From Candidatus Oxydemutatoraceae bacterium (GTDB lineage: Bacteria; Pseudomonadota; Gammaproteobacteria; Poriferisulfidales; Oxydemutatoraceae): a stretch of DNA of 64,000 nucleotides. The DNA lies in the NCBI GenBank assembly GCA_965218975.1, contig OZ244717.1, forward strand, positions 128,001 through 192,000, in the 5' to 3' direction. Positions within the stretch are counted from its first letter, which is position 1; every line of letters begins with the position of its first letter. Shown here piece by piece: positions 21,831 through 32,190 of this stretch. The notes below the pieces were generated by a model. The model worked only from the letters and a program-made list of their open reading frames with translations. It did no database searches and was not told the origin of the DNA. The translations under genes and the position numbers were made by a program.

Positions 21831-22165
21831 TCTTGACTTCGTAGGTTTTGGCCTTGATTTTGGTTTGGTCGCGGCAAATCTTCCTGTACGATTCTCCAGA
21901 CGACCGCAAAATCAATCTCAAAATAGCCATGTACGATGCGATTGCGCAAACTGATGATGTGAGGCCAAGAAATTTCCCGATGTGCTTTCCTAATATCTTC
22001 ACTGACACGGGAAGCGCCTTCTCCCACAATTTCCAGCACTTTAAGAATCGCATTCCGGTGTAAATCGCTCTGTACAAACTGCGAGTAAGTAAGTCCTTTT
22101 GCAAATGCTATTGCCTTACGTGCAGCTACCAGCATATCAAGCAGGTAGGCGTCGTCACGCCGCAT
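21788..22165 (-). CDS. HEPN (DUF86/HepT-like) toxin, copy 2
   Basis: MRRDDAYLLDML...IVGEGA...WPHIISLRNRIVHGYF; C-terminal tail runs into the repeat array. Confidence 0.82.
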   Translation of the reverse strand: MRRDDAYLLDMLVAARKAIAFAKGLTYSQFVQSDLHRNAILKVLEIVGEGASRVSEDIRKAHREISWPHIISLRNRIVHGYFEIDFAVVWRIVQEDLPRPNQNQGQNLRSQEIDFPGAAHPFCVW

Positions 22166-22463
22166 AGATGACTTCAACGGAATCTAGAATCGCCTTCCGG
22201 CGAATGTAGTTATGGCTTTGCTCCACTGACGTACGTGTCAGAACATCCACTCGTCTACCGAACAAGTCTGATAACTCAGAGGCTATACTGACAAACTTCA
22301 ACCCCGGCGTATGACCTGGCGCAAACTCTACCAGTATGTCAACGTCGCTCTCCGGTCCGAAATCTTTTCTTAATGCTGAACCAAAGATCGCGAGCTGGAC
22401 TATGCCGTTTGCACGACAGAACTCAGCAACGCGGTCCTTTGGAATGTACAAACCCGGATTCAT
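22155..22463 (-). CDS. MNT antitoxin, copy 2
   Basis: IFGSALRKDFGPESDVDILVEF; near-identical to copy 1. Confidence 0.88.
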   Translation of the reverse strand: MNPGLYIPKDRVAEFCRANGIVQLAIFGSALRKDFGPESDVDILVEFAPGHTPGLKFVSIASELSDLFGRRVDVLTRTSVEQSHNYIRRKAILDSVEVIYAA

Positions 22464-22466
22464 GCT

Positions 22467-22636
22467 AATGAGGGCATCGTGTTTCTGTTGAATCTTAGAG
22501 CGTTCATGAGCCTCCATTCTTGAAGCTAAATTGGCTCATATAGAAATCTTTGATGCGGTGGCCGATGTGCTGATATTGCATGTCGGTCACCTTTTTAAAT
22601 CGTGCCGTGAGTCCCATATGTATCTGGCACCATACA
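22467..22636 (-). mobile_element. IS481-like left-end fragment
   Basis: Homologous to the ends of the elements at 8302-8468 and 58200-58367 (MQYQHIGHRIK start; ...TATGTATCTGGCACCATACA end). Confidence 0.75.
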
Positions 22637-23006
22637 ATATTTGTATGACCGCCACAGCTGCACACTAGTGTTGTTGAATGACGGCCCGACAAGGGTAATC
22701 AAGGATGGTCAGGGATAGTCTAAGCGGGGGGATGGTTCAATGCCCAGTACGATGTTCGCGTGAAATGCCGCAATAACTACAGGCATTTGTTTGAACTATG
22801 CAAGTTTTTGAGATCACCAATGTTATTGATCAACTCAGAGGTAGAACAGTGGATCGCGCCTGCGCTATTCCTTGCTTGGGACCGGCACATTCTAAATGGT
22901 GGCCTAGATGACAAAATGTCCTTGATGGATCTTATAACCTCAGAAGAATTTTACAAACTACTCGGAGTGACACAGGAATTCGTAACTATGCGGGCAAACC
23001 GACTAG

Positions 23007-23561
23007 TTGATCTATACATTAACGTCGGACGTCGGACGTCTCGCCCGCCTCCTTAGTGCAAAAAAGTTACCTTCGGTTGAGGCTGGTAAAGATGCAGCCA
23101 TACTTGATGCGCGAGAACCACCTGAAGTGCCCGAAGAAGAAGGACTTGAATGGCTTGAACAACAGGTATCAGATGAGGCTGTTGAACGGCAGCCGGTTGA
23201 ACGGCAGGAGCAGAAACGCAACCGAAAAAAGGCAGCTGCACTTAAAAAGCACTACGACAACACCTGCATGTTCTGTGGTGCTCGGCCACAGGTTTCGGAG
23301 GATACTTTCTACTCGGAAGCTGCACACATTAGGGGTTTAGGCGAACTTCACAATGGACCTGACAAAGCGAGTAATATGATCGTGTTGTGCCCAAATCACC
23401 ATCCACAATTTGACCAAGGCATGCTCCGGCTTTACAAGGACGGCGCCCGCTACCGCATCATATCAAAAATAGTAGGTGGCCCATTGCATGGAAAAGAAAT
23501 TGCCCTAGCGCACTCTGTTGACGACTACTGCATAGAGTGCCATTACAACTGGCTTAAGTAG
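23007..23561 (+). CDS. HNH endonuclease (probably the C-terminal part of a split gene with 22760-23056)
   Basis: LKKHYDNTCMFCG...YSEAAHIRGLG..HNGPD..SNMIVLCPNHH. Confidence 0.75.
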   Translation: MIYTLTSDVGRLARLLSAKKLPSVEAGKDAAILDAREPPEVPEEEGLEWLEQQVSDEAVERQPVERQEQKRNRKKAAALKKHYDNTCMFCGARPQVSEDTFYSEAAHIRGLGELHNGPDKASNMIVLCPNHHPQFDQGMLRLYKDGARYRIISKIVGGPLHGKEIALAHSVDDYCIECHYNWLK

Positions 23562-23573
23562 ACAAGAATTTAG

Positions 23574-24308
23574 GTGAAAATTGTGGAGCTCTCGGTACTG
23601 GAATACAACTGGGGTACTGCAAGGGAAGATATACAGAGGGTCCTAATAGATACTGCCTCTCATATCAACAGAGAACTGAGGCATAAGTTTGATGGCAAGA
23701 TCAATGTGTTAAATCTTCCAGAGGAAAATAGCCCGAAAACCTACTACAGAAACTTGTCCAGTGATTCTTATCGCATCAATTTAACTGCCAACGATAACAG
23801 ATGGAGTCAGTTTGCTTACCAGTTCGCGCACGAATTTTGCCATGTCCTGTCAGGCCACGAAAACTTAAGGGGCAACCCTAACAACTGGTTTCATGAATCA
23901 ATCTGTCAACTTGCTTCCTTATTTACACTTCGCAGGATGGGTGAACGTTGGCCATCAAATCCGCCGTCTCCCAACTGGGCAGATTACGCGACTAGTCTGA
24001 CATGCTACGCGAAAGACATTCTTGTGAATGCCAGGCAGTATTCGCCTCCAGATGGCAAATTTGATGCTTGGCTGCAATCTAACGAAAAGCAATTGCGAAG
24101 CGATCCGTATCTGCGTAAAAAAAACCTCGTAGTCGCAGCTAGGCTTCTTCCCCTGTTCGAACAGCAAATGCAAGGCTGGAATGTTATCACCAAACTTCCA
24201 AACTCGATGTCTAGGTTTCCCAAATATCTGTCAGAATGGAAGTTAGATATTGATCCTGAAGACCGGCTTTTTTTAGAACAAGTGAAAAACAAGTTAACCG
24301 GAATGTAG
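23574..24308 (+). CDS. Hypothetical protein with HEXXH zincin-like motif
   Basis: QFAYQFAHEFCH...WFHESIC; intact 244 aa ORF immediately downstream of the HNH gene. Confidence 0.62.
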   Translation: MKIVELSVLEYNWGTAREDIQRVLIDTASHINRELRHKFDGKINVLNLPEENSPKTYYRNLSSDSYRINLTANDNRWSQFAYQFAHEFCHVLSGHENLRGNPNNWFHESICQLASLFTLRRMGERWPSNPPSPNWADYATSLTCYAKDILVNARQYSPPDGKFDAWLQSNEKQLRSDPYLRKKNLVVAARLLPLFEQQMQGWNVITKLPNSMSRFPKYLSEWKLDIDPEDRLFLEQVKNKLTGM

Positions 24309-24384
24309 GGTTATCTACCTTGGCATCAAGAGCCATTGGGGTCACTGCGGTTACTACACGCAACACTGCTCGTGAATCAAATAA

Positions 24385-24501
24385 CCGGTCCTGTAACGAT
24401 TTTTCATTGACCCTAATTCCCGATTCTGTTCTGATCGCATCATTGATCTGTGGCGACTGCAGACCCAGTCGCAACAAGTCCTTTGCCGGTATCCCGGTAA
24501 A
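24385..24501. repeat. Second copy of the ~118 bp direct repeat
   Basis: Matches 19551-19669. Confidence 0.85.
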
Positions 24502-25046
24502 AACGCCAATACAAAAACCATCCATCGCACCGATGCGACCCTTCATCCGAAAGGTATTCAAGGGCACAGCACGCAACCTGCAGGTACACACTATCTGTCC
24601 AGACGTGCCAGGCATCCGGAGCTCTTTATTGTCCATACGATCCGCAACAGACCGCCACAGGCTGGAATCCACCAGCCAGGCGCAACCGGCGCTGCAATGT
24701 GCGACGCGGCAAGGAAACTTTTAGTGCATTTTTTATCTCTTCTACGGCCCCCCCTCAGGAAACTTCGCAACAATTTGTAGTACGGAATCAAGTTCAATTT
24801 GAGAAACTTTTTTTGGCATGGTTTTTCTGGCGCGATTAGTCTATTGCGCCACAATAATAATACTTATTTGGCGCATTTCAGTATTCGCGCCATTTTAAGT
24901 GGCATGAAAAACTCAATTTTTATATTTATCACTGAAAAAACCCAAAATACTCTAAAAAAAATTTAAATAAGCTCAGAAACACTTGGAATCGTTTTGTGTT
25001 TGTACCGGATGTTCGGCGGATTGTGCCGGATTGTGCCGGGCTGTTA

Positions 25047-25849
25047 GCAAAGTACTTGTCGTCCATGACGAAGCTTAGTCCTGCGAATAAACCCCAGCCC
25101 CGACGTCCTTGTCGGGTCGTTCGCCGCTGAAACCCGTTCGGTTTTCCGAGCGCGCCTCACCCATGACGCGACTTGGTTCTGTCAATAAGCCCCAGCCTCG
25201 ACATCCTTGTCGGGTCGTTCGCCGCTGAAACCCGTTCGGTTTTCCGAGCGCGCCTCACCCATGACGCGACTTGGTTCTGTCAATAAGCCCCAGCCTCGAC
25301 ATCCTTGTCGGGTCGTTCGCCGCTGAAACCCGTTCGGTTTTCCGAGCGCGCCTCACCCATGACGCGACTTGGTTCTGTCAATAAGCCCCAGCCTCGACAT
25401 CCTTGTCGGGTCGTTCGCCGCTGAAACCCGTTCGGTTTTCCGAGCGCGCCTCACCCATGACGCGACTTGGTTCTGTCAATAAGCCCCAGCCTCGACATCC
25501 TTGTCGGGTCGTTCGCCGCTGAAACCCGTTCGGTTTTCCGAGCGCGCCTCACCCATGACGCGACTTGGTTCTGTCAATAAGCCCCAGCCTCGACATCCTT
25601 GTCGGGTCGTTCGCCGCTGAAAACCGTTCGGTTTTCCGGGGCGCGGCTCACCCGTTTTGTGTTTGGTGGCAGATTATTAGCAAAGTGCTTGGTGCAGGTT
25701 TGTCGGCAAAGTACTTGGTGCAGGTTTGTCGGCAAAGTACTTGTCGTCCATGACGAGACTTCGTGCTGTCAATGAGCCCCAGCCCCAACGTCCATGTCGG
25801 GTCGTTCGCCGCTGAAAACCGATCGGTTTTCCGAGGCGCGGCTCACCCA
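25047..25849 (-). repeat. Inverted tandem array of the hairpin repeat, 98 bp period (6 tandem cores plus 1 separate)
   Basis: ATGACGCG recurs at 25163, 25261, 25359, 25457 and 25555; further cores at 25047-25162 and 25732-25849. Confidence 0.95.
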
Positions 25850-25918
25850 TTATTCACTGGCATTCACTGGGGTTGCAATCCCCGATACAATCGCTCTTGA
25901 CTCACCACTCGGAGTGCC
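25826..25918 (-). repeat. Right long inverted repeat
   Basis: Reverse complement of 21061-21154. Confidence 0.9.
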
Positions 25919-25931
25919 AAATATTATAGAC

Positions 25932-28900
25932 CTATCTATACAATAGCTTTCGTTTATTTAAAAAATATGGCTTGATAATTGCCCACTCTGATTGATAATA
26001 ATTGCTGCCGATACTTTTGCCTTTGGCCATAAAACTCTGAAAGACCAATCGTTTGATATCGTCATGTATCTTCAATGGCAAAACCCGGTATCGAATTTTT
26101 TCGAAATTGCTGTTATATATAACTTTCCATCCTTGCAAATGAAGCTGTTCTCTAGCTGATATGTTTTGAGTTAGATGGGCTTTAAATTTCTTACGCCCGT
26201 TCTCGTTGAAGCAAATCCCGATAATTTCTTCTGACTCTATCAGTTTCAGACAGGATAATTTCTCTTTTGTACTCAGCCCATTCTTATATTCCTTTTCTAC
26301 CTTCTTTGAAAGTAACCATTTGATGCGCACTTTGTTTATATGTCCTGAATCGTAGCACTGTAATAAATAACCGTCCTGGTATTTTGATGTTATTTTAATC
26401 GTATAATCCGCATCTGATCGTTTATTATCAGTCGTCAAAATATAGGTGCCTGATTTGTACAGATTAAAATATCTAAGCGCCCCCGCCTCATCGGAACTAA
26501 TGTTGGTATTTTCATGTTCGGAATGATTAAATTCATCCTCGCGATTGGAATTGGCATTTTCATGGACTATCTCCTCCGCGGGAGAGAATGTCTCCGGACT
26601 TCCCGCATTCCCATCTTCTTGAGCAGAAGATGACTGATCCAAAGCTGTATCCGAGTCTTCTAATCGGGAAATCATTTTCCAAAGAGGTTCCAATGTTTTA
26701 ACTCTATTCGCGTAGTATTCGAAACCTCTAACACGGAAAAATTGCCAGCCATGCCTTTCGAGCTCATTTTGACGACCTATGTCGTGTTGACGTTGTTCAA
26801 GGCCATGCCATTTGTCACCATCGCATTCGATGGCTATTTTTACCCCGTTGGGAAGCGAAGAAACTAAGTCAATGCGATATTTTCCGCTAGCAACTTTATA
26901 TTGAGGGGTAACTATTAAATTTCCTCTGACTAGATCATTATAAACCTCAACCTCAAACCAACTACCAAACGGCTTTGGCGCTTTACCTTTTTTCTTCTCT
27001 ATCGGAATACAGATTGGTTGTTGCGGCGATTTATAGTTTTTGAAGTGGTCTAGTAATTTATACCTCAAGTCTTCCTTGTTGGTTAAGTCATCTAATTGCA
27101 CCGAATGGAATAACCAGATTTGCTCTTCTGCTCTGCTGACTGCAACATTAAACCGTCTTTCATGACTTGTTTTTACAAGCGATGACCGCCTATGGTTATG
27201 TGCGGTCACTAAACTCAAGAAAATGATATCTCTTTCATCCCCTTGAAATGCAGCAGCATTGCCGCAAACTATTTTTCGCTTATGAAATTCCTCTGGCCCG
27301 ATTCGGTTTAAGAGCAAATTTTCAATGCATCTTGATTGTTGACTGCCTTGTAGTGTAATGACACCAAATGTTTTACCGTCATAACTTTCATCATGCACTA
27401 ATCTTTCGATAGTTTCGGCGATTTCTTCAGCTTCAGGCTCATTGGTGATGCTTGCTTCTTTGCCCTCCGTGTAACCCTTGTTACAAAAAATCGAAACTAA
27501 TGGTTTAAGTCTTTTTTCCGAATATTGCTTGACCGGATAAAGTGATTTTCCGTTAGGGGCATAAAAATGCTTGTTACAGAACTCTATAATCTCCGGCATA
27601 CACCGGAAATGTTCTCGCAATACTGTGGTAACCCCACTGCAAAGTATTTCCGCAATGTCGAAAAAACTATAATCCGTTTCGAAAGAGCCTGAATATGGTA
27701 TTCCTTGCAAATGTTTGTTGATAAGTGATGTTACAGAACCTTCACCCACGCCAATATATTCAGGTGATGTTTGTTTGTCGTCTCCGGCGATGATGACCTT
27801 TTTTGATATATATAAGAGAAATATCGCATCCGGCCCCAGCTGACTTGCTTCGTCAACAATGACGTAGTCGTACATTTCCGGTTTCGGTTGAACAGTTTCT
27901 GCTACCTTATATAAAGGCATAATCCAGCATGGAATGGAATCTTTACAATCCTCCATGTATTTTTGGGCCGTTCTACGATTTTTCATCGCTTTTTTGCCTC
28001 TACTCGTCTTTCCGATTTTACTTACAGCTTTTGCCCAAGCCGTCAAACTACGACTTAACTCAGGGTTTTGCTTTAATCTCTCGACCACTTTAAACCACGC
28101 CTTCTTAGCCGCAAGCTTGGCAATGCTCTCTTTTTCCTCATTTTCCAATTCTTTTATATCATCCCACAATTGTTTATCATCAACATCTGTGCGCTTTTCT
28201 ATTTCATTTTTCGCATGTCTGAACAATATTGCTTGTTCTAATCCGGGAAGATCTTGTTTAGAGAAATTACCCGATCGGATGGAAGATAAAATTTTGGGAC
28301 AAACTTCTCCAATATTTTCTTTTAGATTCACAAAGTCCTGATATCGGTTTTTATCATCCGTTAGTTTCTTTGCAGTTGTCAGGGCCTCATCGTATGAGCT
28401 GTGATCAATTCGCTTGAATGCATTCAAGATGCCTTTCTTTATCGGGTGAAAATTACCATGATTTAAGTATTCTTCTGCTTTTGCGATGACTTTCCTATAT
28501 TTCGCCACCGAATGAATCAATTCGTAGTACTTGCGCCTATCTGATAATAATTTCTCCTCCGGGACCTCTACATTCCAGATCTTCGCAAGCTCCTCAAGGT
28601 CAAGTCGGATGTCAAAATCTCTTAAAGCAATTTGAAATTCTTCTTTAGTATCGCACGGGCTCCCGTTAACCTTACACTCATCAATAAAATAAAGGCGTTC
28701 TTTGATTTCTCTGGGAAGAAAAGCCTTCAGATTGAAAAAAGGACCCGGTAATTCATGCCCCTCTTCTAAATATTTAAGTAAAGTTTCAGCGTCTTGCTTA
28801 AGCTGCCTAAGACTTTTATCTGGTAAAGCAACCTCAATGTCTCTATCAAGTTCTCTTAAATCATGCTTTTTGATTCTCTCGAGCGCCGACTCGGACTGCT

Positions 28901-30813
28901 CTAACTTCTCATGATCAAGAGATGTGCTGTCTATATTATTGAGCAAATCCGCAACATTGCTGTTAATTTTTTTTAAGTGTATCCACAAAATTTTCGTACC
29001 CTGTAAACTCATCCGGCTCGGGAAGTCTGTTGATATTGGGTATTTCATTTCCAAATTCGGGGCTATCCGTTCGTTCGCACTCGTCGCGCAATTCCATAAA
29101 CCTCCCTAAATCAGTCAGTAGTTTTTTATTGTTAACATCATCGAACGTGTCTTGATACCATTGATGCTTTGGAGCATCCGCTTCAAGTTTTTCGGCAACC
29201 TGCATCAGGGTTCCGCGATATTGGGAATTTATCTCTAACTTTCGGGTATCTTGTTTTTCGATTTCTATAAACTTATTGGTATTTTCAGCAATGCTTTCTC
29301 TTGTTTGTTTTAACCGAGTTTCCAATTCATCAATCTTGACTTGATATGAATTCAGATCTTCCCCCTTTGATAATTCTTCATTAATAGAATTTACACTTGA
29401 TTCTAAATCTTGAACGGATGACGAGTCGCCGCCGAGAAAATTAACCGTCAATTTTTGAAATTCAGGAGGCAATTTATCTTTTAATACTTCTAAAGCCGGT
29501 TTTTTATATGCCGTAATAAGAACCTTTTTACCATAGGCAAGAAGATGGCAAATCAGATTGGCAATAGTATGTGATTTCCCTGTTCCGGGAGGGCCTTGAA
29601 CCAGTACTTGATGACTTATTCCGGCCTTATTAATAATCTCAATCTGCTCATCATTCCATTCTTTAGGAAAAAGTACCGGCTCATCTCTAGGTGAAGAAGC
29701 TAAACTTTCTCCGTCGGAAAAATCACTCGCAGAATCTTTTTTCGCGCCGACTAAGCTATTTAATGCCGGTATTTCGATTCCATCAGATTCATTTTCAATA
29801 TCGTTCGATATCTTCTTATAGAGAGTAGTAAAACTTTTTGCGCTTTGTTTTCTTAACAATAACGCAGGAGAAAATAGAATGACGGGCTTTGCTGGTGGCG
29901 TGTTCGTGTTTGGTTTCTCAATAGAATTATCATAGCTTCCGTCAGACGAAACACGCTCCGCAAACATTTTCAAGCCATATTGCGTCTCGTCAGAATTATC
30001 AAAAACCGTATCTATTTTCTTTTCGTTTATATATTCCTTTGCTGCAATTTCAGCAGCAGTTATATTGTCAGGATCAAACTGTTCGGTTAGATCAAGTATA
30101 AAATCCGTTTCAATTTGCAGGGTTGATTCTAAGTCCGGGGTAATAGATATTGAAGAACTTCTTTCTGATTGCTTAAAATCAATTTCAACTCGCTGAGTTA
30201 ATATATGTCTGAATATTTTCGGTGAATCGCGATCTTTCTGAAAATTCAGTAATCCGACGCCCATTACCAACTCATACTCTTCACTAAATTGCTGCGCCCT
30301 GTTGTACATTAGAAAAAGTTTTCTGTAAACTTTGTCGAGTTTCTTATACTCATCATGCAATTTTTCATAGGATTCTTTTTTTTCATTGTAATTAATAGCG
30401 TCTTTAAGCCATTTGCCATCTCTGTACTGCTCAAACTTCTTTCGGGTCTGCGGAAATTTTTTGATCGAAAGAGTCTTACCATCTATTTCAATAGTTTCAT
30501 GCAGTTTGGGTTCATCACTCGTTTTCTTTAATGTTGACGGATCAATCCACTTTTTAAGTTCTGGCGGTGGCTCAGCAAATTGGGGTTCTACAGGTTCTCT
30601 TGGCTTAGGAATTTCAAGCCAATAATCATTATCCCGATTGAAATTCTCTCTGATGATATTTTTAAACGATTCGTCTTCCGGAATATCGTTTAACCAGATT
30701 TTTTCCGGATAAGAATTTTCTTGGAAATCAATGTTTCTTACAGACTTGCTTCTCAGCTCCGAAAATTCTTTTAGGTAATTAAATACTTGCAGATATTTCT
30801 TTTTATTGCTCAC
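25932..30813 (-). pseudogene. ~1630 aa SF1 (UPF1/DNA2-like) helicase fused to a Vsr/DUF559-like nuclease, split by a frameshift in an A8 run
   Basis: ORF 28963-30813 has QGPPGTGKS; ORF 25932-29054 has IVDEASQ, GDDKQ, LREHFRC, FQGDERD, RFNVAVSRA, then RIDLV..AIECDG..WH..GWQFFRV; removing one base from T8 at 28967-28974 fuses them. Confidence 0.8.
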
Positions 30814-30990
30814 AATTTACGACCTCAGCTGCGCCGAAACTGCCGTGCCGCTCACTTTAATCGCCGGAATCTTGCTTTCAAGGGAAGCCGGAATGACATT
30901 TTCCAATGATCTCGGGACAATTTAACCAATTTCTTAGCCGTCATAATATATTATTGCGGAGTACCGTTCTATAGCATGTATGGAGTCCTC

Positions 30991-32190
30991 TTAATTATGC
31001 ACATTTTGCGTTGTGGAATGGCAATCCGAAGGCAGAAAATCCATCTGAATATCGTTCAGGAAATTCAAACCGAGATGAGTCGTTCGAATCTGCCCTTTTT
31101 CGTATATCAGCAAACCTTGCTCAACCAAATTATTAATCTTTTCGGCAACACTTTGAAACGGCAATCCGGTCATCATCGTAAACAATGTTTTTGAAAACCC
31201 CTCTGTCAAACGCAGCGCGTTTAGCATGAATTCAAAAATAAGTTGCTGCGCCGTCACAAGGCGGCGGCTTGCACAAAAATCACGCTTGTCGATAGCCGCC
31301 ATATACGCGGCGGGGTTTTTGTACTTCACCAATCGCCACACGCTACCTTCTCTCCCTTCATCCGGACAACTAACTTTCGTATGCGCTCCCGCGCCGATAC
31401 CGAGGTAATCACCATACCGCCAATAATTCAAATTGTGCAAACACCGTAAATGCGGCTGAGCATAGGCTGAAATTTCATACCGCTGATAACCATGGTCGGC
31501 AAGCAAATCCAACCCCATCGCTTCAATTTTTTCCATGGTTCCTTCATCGGGCAAACGTGGTGTATTTACATAAAACAATGTATTCGGTTCAATAGTCATT
31601 TGATAATAAGAAATATGTTGCGGTTTCAATTTGATTGCAGACTTGAGATCATACTGCGCCATCGCTAAAGTCTGCCGCGGCAGGCCAAACATCAAATCAA
31701 GATTGATATTCTTAAATCCGGCATTGCGTGCGGCAGCAACGGCAGCAATCGCTTCTCTAGCGCTATGCGCACGCCCCAACCGACTTAACGATTCGGAGGT
31801 AAAACTCTGCACTCCCAATGACAAGCGGTTTACTCCCGCTTGTTTAAATGCAGCAAATTTCTCTTGCTCGGCACTCCCGGGGTTTGCCTCCAAAGTAATT
31901 TCAACGCCGTCGGATAAAACGAGCCTCTGCCTAAAAGCATCAAGCAAGTTACTTATGCACTGTGCGCTAAATAAACTTGGCGTTCCTCCGCCGATGAAGA
32001 CACTTTGCACTTCACGCGATTGAACCCACTCTAGACTGGATTCAAAATCAACTAGCAACGCATCCGAATATCGCTGTTCGGCAAACGAACCGCGAACCGC
32101 ATATGAATTAAAATCGCAATACGGGCATTTGCTCTCGCACCATGGCAAGTGCACATACAAAGACAATGGCGGTCGCGTGGTAAGCGTCAT
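30991..32190 (-). CDS. hemW: Radical SAM heme chaperone
   Basis: YVHLPWCESKCPYCDFNS, GGGTPS, EANP, YEISAY, HNLNYW; follows rdgB. Confidence 0.92.
   Translation of the reverse strand: MTLTTRPPLSLYVHLPWCESKCPYCDFNSYAVRGSFAEQRYSDALLVDFESSLEWVQSREVQSVFIGGGTPSLFSAQCISNLLDAFRQRLVLSDGVEITLEANPGSAEQEKFAAFKQAGVNRLSLGVQSFTSESLSRLGRAHSAREAIAAVAAARNAGFKNINLDLMFGLPRQTLAMAQYDLKSAIKLKPQHISYYQMTIEPNTLFYVNTPRLPDEGTMEKIEAMGLDLLADHGYQRYEISAYAQPHLRCLHNLNYWRYGDYLGIGAGAHTKVSCPDEGREGSVWRLVKYKNPAAYMAAIDKRDFCASRRLVTAQQLIFEFMLNALRLTEGFSKTLFTMMTGLPFQSVAEKINNLVEQGLLIYEKGQIRTTHLGLNFLNDIQMDFLPSDCHSTTQNVHN

Noticed and set aside
21133-21844. ORFs translated from the repeat arrays (also 7962-8198, 25565-25753, 57774-58110)
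   Set aside because: Periods of 152, 98 and 107 bp are not multiples of 3, the frames cycle and stop, and no domain is recognisable.
21159-25849. CRISPR array
   Set aside because: Units are 98-152 bp with identical linkers rather than unique spacers, and no cas genes are present.
7854-30900. Integron cassette array or prophage
   Set aside because: No tyrosine integrase, no recognisable attC sites after genes, repeats are not one per gene, and no phage structural genes.
30860-30900. GCCGGAATC...GCCGGAATGAC REP-like remnant at the island's right border
   Set aside because: Single degenerate copy with no inverted partner; too short to support.
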